From contig JBAQUX010000008.1 in the NCBI GenBank assembly GCA_049297775.1, positions 10,286 through 74,285 of the forward strand: a DNA stretch of 64,000 bases. The letters run 5' to 3'. Position numbers and translations under genes: made by a program. Position 1 is the stretch's first letter. Every line of letters starts with the position of its first letter. The DNA comes from Minisyncoccia bacterium. GTDB lineage: Bacteria > Patescibacteriota > Minisyncoccia > Phycocordibacterales > UBA2100. Of this stretch, positions 58,022-64,000 are shown in pieces. The notes beneath the pieces are model-generated. The model was not told the DNA's origin, did not search any database, and saw only the letters and a list, made by a program, of their open reading frames with translations.

Positions 58022-59182
58022 TTATGGCAGAAACTGCGAGAGCCATCTAAAAAAGTTTTTTGAAGCGCCTTTAACTGAAAGTCGAGGAGATTTTTCTTGT
58101 TCTTGCTGGAGTCCGAATAGACACATGCCGTGCGCTGTCGAAAAAATACCATCCTTTTGGTGTGAACGAGAAGTGCTGTGGTGTAAGTGTGGTATTGAGA
58201 CAGGAAGACGAAGGAGAGATTTTGCGTCGTCAGTGAGGTGCTGCAATGCAGCGCCACCACCACTCATGTACACACCCGCTGGGAGTAATCCGTTTCTTGG
58301 CAGAGACTTCAGGTATGCATAAATATGCTTGAGCATTTCTTTTTCCTTTTTTTGAACAGCATCAGTAACTTTCTTCTTTGGGAAGGAGAGTTGTGTGGCG
58401 TAGTTTTTCTTAATCCTGTCTGCGTCTTCAATAGGAATTTTGAGTGAGAGTGCAAGTTCGTTCGTAATTTGAGAGCCACCGAATGGTAACACCTTAAGAC
58501 CTTTTGGTATGCCATCTTCAAACACTGCAACGGTGGTTGTTTCTGAACCGAGGAGTACGAGTGCCGCGCCAGCAATTTTCTGCGCTTTACTTACGGTTAC
58601 AAGACTTGCTGCGAGTGGGCCTGCCATAACGTCAACTACTTCAATATTTGCAGATTCACATGTCTCCACAAGATTGGAGAGGTGCTGTTCAATGATGTTT
58701 ACGATAAGTAGTTGTATGCTGATACTCTTACTTTTCATACCAACAGGACTGTTAAACATTTTTGTATTTGCAACAGTAAATTCTATAGGAATCTCATGAA
58801 CAATTTTTCGGTTTAATAGTTGCTCTTGCGCATTTCTTCTGGCAAGCGAGATAACTTTTTGTATATCGTCATCGGTGATGACTCTGCCTTCCTTGCTGAG
58901 CAGTAGTTCTGCGGTACAAATAATTTCTTGCAAACCGACGCCGTTAAGGGACACATATGCATGTGTGATAGGTACACCTGATTCAGTTTGCGCCAGAGTA
59001 ATTGCTTGAGTGAGTGCGTCTGCAGCTTCTTCAACGTTTACAATATATCCTTGTCGTACACCTCGTGATTGTGCGATTCCTGTTCCGATTACTTTTGGAG
59101 TTTGTTGTAGCTCAGAAAATTCACATACCATTACTTTGATACTTGAACTACCGATATCTATCCCTGTAACTGTATGTCTCAT
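58022..59182 (-). CDS. ftsA: Cell division protein FtsA
   Basis: The actin-like ATPase N-terminus GIDIGSSSIKVMV is present and the protein is FtsA-like throughout. It lies upstream of ftsZ. Confidence 0.85.
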   Translation of the reverse strand: MRHTVTGIDIGSSSIKVMVCEFSELQQTPKVIGTGIAQSRGVRQGYIVNVEEAADALTQAITLAQTESGVPITHAYVSLNGVGLQEIICTAELLLSKEGRVITDDDIQKVISLARRNAQEQLLNRKIVHEIPIEFTVANTKMFNSPVGMKSKSISIQLLIVNIIEQHLSNLVETCESANIEVVDVMAGPLAASLVTVSKAQKIAGAALVLLGSETTTVAVFEDGIPKGLKVLPFGGSQITNELALSLKIPIEDADRIKKNYATQLSFPKKKVTDAVQKKEKEMLKHIYAYLKSLPRNGLLPAGVYMSGGGAALQHLTDDAKSLLRLPVSIPHLHHSTSRSHQKDGIFSTAHGMCLFGLQQEQEKSPRLSVKGASKNFFRWLSQFLP

Positions 59183-59191
59183 ATAATATTC

Positions 59192-59578
59192 CTAAGCGTT
59201 CGTATATTTTTTCAGATATGTCTGCTCGGCTTTTTCCATTGTAGCGCCATGATCGAGCCCTTTCAAATGCAGTAATCCGTGGATAAGTAGGAAAATCCTG
59301 TGAGTGCTTTTGGAGTGCTCGTATTTGTGTGACTCCTTGTCAGATTTACGAATATTAAGAAACATTTCTCCTGACTTTGAGTCGAGAGGGAATGAAAGAA
59401 CATTAGGGACATACGTTTTCTTTCGAAACTTTTTATTCATTTTTTGTGACAAGTAGTCACCACACACAACCAATGAGCATTCGTACTTCTTGCCAAGGAT
59501 ATCCTCGGCAATAGAAACATATAGTTCCGATTCTTTTTTTGATAGTGCAACCGTTTCAGTTATTGCGATGAGAGACAT
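59192..59578 (-). CDS. ybeY: rRNA maturation endoribonuclease YbeY
   Basis: HGLLHLKGLDH (HxxxHxxxxxH zinc motif) is present. Confidence 0.85.
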   Translation of the reverse strand: MSLIAITETVALSKKESELYVSIAEDILGKKYECSLVVCGDYLSQKMNKKFRKKTYVPNVLSFPLDSKSGEMFLNIRKSDKESHKYEHSKSTHRIFLLIHGLLHLKGLDHGATMEKAEQTYLKKYTNA

Positions 59579-59600
59579 TGATGCACTATATCAAAAAAAA

Positions 59601-59620
59601 GACCGATATGCTCGGTCTTT
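59601..59620. terminator. Bidirectional rho-independent terminator (GACCGA-tatgc-TCGGTC flanked by A8 and T4)
   Basis: It lies immediately after the rpsU stop on the minus strand. Confidence 0.65.
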
Positions 59621-59624
59621 TAAT

Positions 59625-59888
59625 TTACTTTGTTTTTGGTGCGAATGAGGTTCGCGGAGTCTTTGGCTGAAGTTTTCCTTCTTTAATAAGAATTGCGTTT
59701 CCAGCACGTCTTTTAATGCGTCGTACCGCAAGTGTCTTACGAGAAAGTTTTGAGTGGTCACGCTCGTGGTATCGCTTGTCGCGAAGTGAACGAACCATGC
59801 CAGTACTCTGTATCTTTCTTGTAAACTCTTGCACCATACGTGCAGCAGTCTTAGTGCCTGTTTTCTCTATTACTACGTTTATTGTCAT
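59625..59888 (-). CDS. rpsU: 30S ribosomal protein bS21
   Basis: EFTRKIQSTGMVRSLRDKRYHERDHSKLSRKTLAVRRIKRR follows the basic S21 pattern (FKR..EK.GI..E.R.R.FYEKPS..RK). Confidence 0.65.
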   Translation of the reverse strand: MTINVVIEKTGTKTAARMVQEFTRKIQSTGMVRSLRDKRYHERDHSKLSRKTLAVRRIKRRAGNAILIKEGKLQPKTPRTSFAPKTK

Positions 59889-59975
59889 TGGGGCGTATCC
59901 TATCACATTTATAGTGCTTTATGCAACTTATAGTGACCGGTTTTGCTCGTGCGTACGAGTAAACTCGGACACTGC

Positions 59976-61163
59976 CTATTTCTCAAGCTTTTTTAGGTAT
60001 GCACCAAGTTGCGCAAGTGGAATGACCTTCTGTGAACGTGTTTTATTTTCTCGGACTATTGCAGTCCCATCAACGGCTTCTTTGTGTCCCATGACGATTA
60101 CATATTCTGACTGTGGCGCATCATGCATTTGTTCAGATAGGGTATCGTGAGTGAAGTGGTGTCGTACCTTAACGTGCGCGTCTCTCAAGTTTTGAAGCAC
60201 TTTTAGGGTCATCTTCTTTGCTTGATCGCCAATTTGTGCAAAATGAAACTTAGTAGTACGAGTAGTTTTTTTCTTTTGTTCCTCGTATTTTGTTTCAATA
60301 TCACAGGTGATTACTATCCCGGATGCCTCCACATGCTGCTTAAATGCTTTACGTGTCAGCGCACTAAAGCGTCCGCCGTGCGCAACAGTTGTTGCTTCAC
60401 CGTTACTTGCGTCCGTTGCACGAATTTGGAAAAGTGAATGCTCAAAATAATCTTCACTTCCCATAACTGAGTGGTCAAGAACATAGGGGATGTCAGAACC
60501 TTCAAGAAATTCTAGAATACCCCACAAGTGCGCACGTGCTTCGTCGTTGAGATAGTCCATTGGGTTCGGTGCCAAATGTACTTGTGGGTGCTTCTCTGAA
60601 AGAAGTTTTGAGTATACCTTTCTTGGATTTTCCTGAATTTCTTTTGCAACACTTGCTGCAAGAGATCCGGTAAGTATCTTTTTAAGAAATAGTACGAGGT
60701 CCTTATTGAATCGATTGCTCGCATCTAAGTTACCTAATGAGTTCATGTGCACAGTTGTTTCGCTGTGACCAGCCTCCTTAAGTATTGCTCGTGCGGTTGC
60801 AATAAGTGTAGCTTCTGCGAGTGGTTTCTTTGTGCCAGATATGTGTAGTGAAAATGCCACAGGGTTTCTTTGTGCAGTAGCCTTCATATGCACTTCATAC
60901 GTTAGATGGTGGTTTGTTTTCAAATGCTTACCATGCTCAGCAAACTTCTTACCGACGTACAATAAGTGGCGCTCGTGTGGAAATACATGTTCAACGGCGT
61001 CTGATTGCACTTTTACGCTGTCAATTCCAGCAAAAGATTCTCCTAGTGGTTCAAAACCAAAATGTTCAGCAACATCAATTGCTGTCTTAATAAACGTAGG
61101 CTTTGTGATACCTTTTGTTTCTTTGTGCGAAGTCATAATGTAGTTAATTAGTTTCGTAGACAC
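59976..61163 (-). CDS. Divergent histidyl-tRNA-synthetase-like class II protein
   Basis: An HMNSLGN insertion-domain motif, a motif-3-like AHGGRFSALTR and a C-terminal anticodon-binding-like domain are present. The canonical motif-2 FRYERPQ arginine is not evident. Confidence 0.5.
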   Translation of the reverse strand: MSTKLINYIMTSHKETKGITKPTFIKTAIDVAEHFGFEPLGESFAGIDSVKVQSDAVEHVFPHERHLLYVGKKFAEHGKHLKTNHHLTYEVHMKATAQRNPVAFSLHISGTKKPLAEATLIATARAILKEAGHSETTVHMNSLGNLDASNRFNKDLVLFLKKILTGSLAASVAKEIQENPRKVYSKLLSEKHPQVHLAPNPMDYLNDEARAHLWGILEFLEGSDIPYVLDHSVMGSEDYFEHSLFQIRATDASNGEATTVAHGGRFSALTRKAFKQHVEASGIVITCDIETKYEEQKKKTTRTTKFHFAQIGDQAKKMTLKVLQNLRDAHVKVRHHFTHDTLSEQMHDAPQSEYVIVMGHKEAVDGTAIVRENKTRSQKVIPLAQLGAYLKKLEK

Positions 61164-61743
61164 TGGTAGCTCCGGGAAGGTACTCTATCTTATTGAAAGG
61201 GAATAGTCGGAAGTATGCTCGGCCAACAATGTTCTTTCTGGGCAGCGGGCCCCAATATCTAGAGTCGGCACTTGCAGCGCGATTATCTCCCATCACAAAG
61301 TACTGGTCGTCCTTAAGGGTAATGTACATTTGATTATCTGTAAGATTTGCTGGGTCAAGATACGTCTCGTTGAGTACGAAACCTTCGGGGTGTGCAGCGT
61401 TTTCAATGGTTACAGACTTTTCACTTAGAATAACTTTCTCGCCCGGGAGACCGATAATTCTCTTGATGAAATATCTACCTGGGTCAAGCGGGTATTTCAT
61501 GACGATGACATCACCGCGTCGCGGTTCATACATTCTGTATGAAAGTTCATCGATAATTAAATAGTGCCAACTATCAAATGTTGGAAACATTGAAGTGCCA
61601 CTAACGATAAATGGTTTTGCTACAAAGAATCTTACCGGAAGAACAATACAGAGAACAACAAAAAGAAATGCGAATAGTGACAGACTGCCTTCTCTATCAC
61701 GTGAAATCATGCTGAGAGTATACACCCAAGTATGAATTGACAA
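61144..61743 (-). CDS. lepB: Signal peptidase I
   Basis: The S26 boxes GTSMFPTF, KRIIGLPGE and GDNRAASADSRYWG are present. Confidence 0.85.
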   Translation of the reverse strand: MSIHTWVYTLSMISRDREGSLSLFAFLFVVLCIVLPVRFFVAKPFIVSGTSMFPTFDSWHYLIIDELSYRMYEPRRGDVIVMKYPLDPGRYFIKRIIGLPGEKVILSEKSVTIENAAHPEGFVLNETYLDPANLTDNQMYITLKDDQYFVMGDNRAASADSRYWGPLPRKNIVGRAYFRLFPFNKIEYLPGATSVYETN

Positions 61744-61802
61744 AAATGTTTAAAGTATGCAGATTATTTTTTTGATTTTTTTCACTATGGTATGATGCTG
61801 TT

Positions 61803-62396
61803 ATGAAATGGTTTGTAATTGGTTTAGGAAATCCTGGTGATGAGTATAAAAAAACTCCACACAATGTAGGCAGAGAAGCTGTTGAATATTTCATTAAAAA
61901 AAATGGAGATGCTGACGCTTGGAAAACTCAGACGCAAGTAAAAATGCAAACACAACAAGTCGCCATAGATTCACATTCTGTAGTGTGTGTGTTGCCAGAC
62001 ACCTTTATGAACAAATCTGGCGCTGCTGTGCAATATTTTGTTAAAACGGCAAAGGATGCAGAGAGAACCATTGTATTGCAAGATGATTTAGACCTACCAC
62101 TCGGCACTATGAAAATAGTATTTAATCGAGGAAGTGGTGGTCACAAAGGTATTGAGTCCGTGGTACGTGCAATAAAAACGGAAGCCTTTGTACGTATTCG
62201 TATTGGTGTTTCTCCGATGAGTGCAAAAGGTATGGCAAAAAAACCAAAAGGGGAAGATGCCGTCGTTAAATTTATATTGAAGCCACTCAAAGACGATTCA
62301 TACAAGGAGATTCAAAAAATTTATAAAAAAATTGCCGAAGCTATTCCGGTACTTATTACTGAAGGGCGTCCCATTGCTATGACTCAGTTTAATTAA
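61803..62396 (+). CDS. pth: Peptidyl-tRNA hydrolase
   Basis: The N-terminus IGLGNPG..Y..T.HN.G is present, with Pth fold throughout. Confidence 0.9.
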   Translation: MKWFVIGLGNPGDEYKKTPHNVGREAVEYFIKKNGDADAWKTQTQVKMQTQQVAIDSHSVVCVLPDTFMNKSGAAVQYFVKTAKDAERTIVLQDDLDLPLGTMKIVFNRGSGGHKGIESVVRAIKTEAFVRIRIGVSPMSAKGMAKKPKGEDAVVKFILKPLKDDSYKEIQKIYKKIAEAIPVLITEGRPIAMTQFN

Positions 62397-62414
62397 AACT
62401 GAGAATAAATTTTA

Positions 62415-62448
62415 TAAAAAAATTCCCCAACGGCCGCACGTTGAGGAA
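62415..62448 (-). terminator. Rho-independent terminator (TTCCCCAACG-N6-CGTTGAGGAA) followed on the minus strand by T8
   Basis: It is an imperfect 10-bp stem downstream of the small minus-strand ORF, and is also placed to stop pth read-through. Confidence 0.5.
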
Positions 62449-62463
62449 CTGGTTCACGTACTG

Positions 62464-62661
62464 TCACTTCTTCTCGCGTCGCGCGAGAACAATGACAAGT
62501 ATTGCGACCGCTATAAACATCCATACCAGAAGGTGGGCCTGGATAGGGGTGTCAGGTTTGAGCAGGCGTGCTTTGCCAAAGTAGCTGAGGTTAATAAGGA
62601 AAACCCCAATTACCGCGAACAACAGCGCGACAAGGTGATACACGACTTGCGACAATCTCAT
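62464..62661 (-). CDS. Hypothetical small two-TM membrane protein (65 aa)
   Basis: It has two hydrophobic helices. A terminator lies immediately downstream. Confidence 0.35.
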   Translation of the reverse strand: MRLSQVVYHLVALLFAVIGVFLINLSYFGKARLLKPDTPIQAHLLVWMFIAVAILVIVLARREKK

Positions 62662-62814
62662 GGGGTGCTCCGTTCCCGTGAATGACGTCCTCTACACTAT
62701 TGTGAAGACGGCATATATGGCAACTGATATACATCTTTGTATCCTACTCACTTTGTATATGCAACAACGCAAGCACTACATGAAATTTTTAATGCGTGCA
62801 TCTTTATAATTAAT

Positions 62815-62843
62815 AAAAATAGCTCCGGATGGAGCTATTTTTA
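62815..62843. terminator. Bidirectional terminator (AGCTCC-ggat-GGAGCT flanked by A5 and T5)
   Basis: It lies downstream of the rpsA stop. Confidence 0.6.
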
Positions 62844-62859
62844 TCGCCTTAAAAATAAA

Positions 62860-63999
62860 TTATTTCTTAGCAGTTGCAGAGAGTGTCATCTTGCGAGCAT
62901 CTGGCTCAAACAATGTGATACTGAATTCATATGAACTACCGAGCTTCAATGCAGTACGCAAATCAGCGATAGTCTTGTACTCAGAGAAGTGTACCAATCC
63001 TGCAACACCTTCTTCAATTGATGCAAGTGCACCATACTGGTTGTACTTAATGATGACCGCATTAACTGCGTCACCCTTCTTGTACTTCTTTCCAGCACCA
63101 ACCCATGGGTTCTCCTTAAGAGCCTTGATTGAAAGTGAAACTTTACCGTCCTTAACTTCGATAACCTTTACCTTTACCTTATCGCCAACGCGGTACATCT
63201 CCTTAGGGTTCTCAACGAGTCCCCAGTCCATTTCTGATATATGTACCAAGCCTTCAAGACCTTCCTTAATACTTACGAATATACCAAAGTCTGTAGCTCC
63301 GGTAACATCGCCAAGTACTTCGTCTCCAACAGTGAAGGTATCAGCTTTTCCTTTTTGTGATTCGCCACCTGGAGTAGATACGGCTGCGTCGTGCTTCTCA
63401 GAGAAAATAAGTTTTCCTTCTTTTGGATCTGCAGTGATGATGATTACCTGAGTTTTCTCACCAATCAATTTCTTTAGTTCACCAAAGATTCGTTCTTTGT
63501 CACCATCTGGAACGCGTGGGTAGTGTGCACCAGCGAGTTGTGATGCTGGAAGAAATCCTTGTATGCCTTGCCACTCAAGAATGAGTCCACCTTTGTTAGC
63601 CTCCTTAATAGTAAGCTCAAGAATCGTTTTCTTCTGAAGTGCAGATTCTGCTTCGCCCCAAATAAGTGCCTGACGAGCCTCACGGAGAGACACTTCAATA
63701 TATCCTTCTGGGTTTTCTACTTCAATTACTTTTGCAGAAATAGTGTCACCAACATGGACGTTCTTCAAAACATCACGTGCTGAGAGATACTCACGTCCAT
63801 AAATAATCGCAGTACCGAATGGTGCGATATCAATATAAATTCGTCCGTGGTCAATGTTAACCACTGGTCCTTCAATGTCATCGCCAACCTTAGGTGCAAC
63901 AGGTGTCGTTGCAAACAGGCTGTTCATTGGACTGTTCTTCAAACTTTCAGCGTGCGCTTCTTTTGCGACTTCTGAAACTAATACTCCTCGTTTTGCCAT
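62860..63999 (-). CDS. rpsA: 30S ribosomal protein S1 (short four-domain form)
   Basis: Repeated S1 OB-fold units are present (...GDEVLGDVTGATDFGIFVSIKEGLEGLVHISEM...). The start MAKRG lies at the window edge. Confidence 0.85.
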   Translation of the reverse strand: MAKRGVLVSEVAKEAHAESLKNSPMNSLFATTPVAPKVGDDIEGPVVNIDHGRIYIDIAPFGTAIIYGREYLSARDVLKNVHVGDTISAKVIEVENPEGYIEVSLREARQALIWGEAESALQKKTILELTIKEANKGGLILEWQGIQGFLPASQLAGAHYPRVPDGDKERIFGELKKLIGEKTQVIIITADPKEGKLIFSEKHDAAVSTPGGESQKGKADTFTVGDEVLGDVTGATDFGIFVSIKEGLEGLVHISEMDWGLVENPKEMYRVGDKVKVKVIEVKDGKVSLSIKALKENPWVGAGKKYKKGDAVNAVIIKYNQYGALASIEEGVAGLVHFSEYKTIADLRTALKLGSSYEFSITLFEPDARKMTLSATAKK

Positions 64000-64000
64000 A

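Overview
The window is a dense, mostly housekeeping stretch of a low-GC (roughly 42-45 %) bacterial chromosome. Many proteins are unusually short, fermentative xfp-ackA genes are present, and no biosynthetic clusters appear, which fits a reduced-genome, CPR/Patescibacteria-like organism; this is inference only. About 75 protein genes, two tRNAs (Asn-GUU with encoded CCA, Glu-CUC without) and many clean rho-independent terminators are recognisable directly from motifs. Main blocks, in order: ung; an ABC-2 exporter pair; a four-gene undecaprenyl-phosphate recycling set (DedA, PAP2, DgkA, UppP); MFS; TrhO; GH18; a tandem-duplicated D-Ala-D-Ala ligase; NRAMP; an S-box-like leader ahead of metK; an L,D-transpeptidase and a P1B-type ATPase; a tRNA-Asn locus; Grx/DUF167/HPF; def-fmt; priA; mreB-holB-frr-rseP-proS; mreB-mreC-(mreD)-mrdA-greA-lysS; the dcw cluster mraZ-rsmH-ftsL-ftsI-murF; a tRNA-Glu locus followed by an accessory-looking islet (HEPN-like protein, peptidoglycan-binding secreted protein, MBL hydrolase); VOC/TspO; xfp-ackA; a redox cluster (DCC, thioesterase, msrAB, FAD-oxidoreductase::TVP38 fusion, trxB); ftsA-ftsZ; ybeY-rpsU; a divergent hisS-like gene; lepB; pth; rpsA. 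No CRISPR array, transposase, integrase or reverse transcriptase is visible. The most unusual loci are the tRNA-Glu-proximal islet, two compositionally anomalous GC-rich intergenic segments carrying small ORFs (21.1-21.9 kb and 27.4-27.8 kb), the fused double Ddl, a LysRS with a ~145-aa C-terminal extra domain, and a PriA homolog with no Walker A/B motifs. Function calls come from recognised sequence motifs only; no database search was run.
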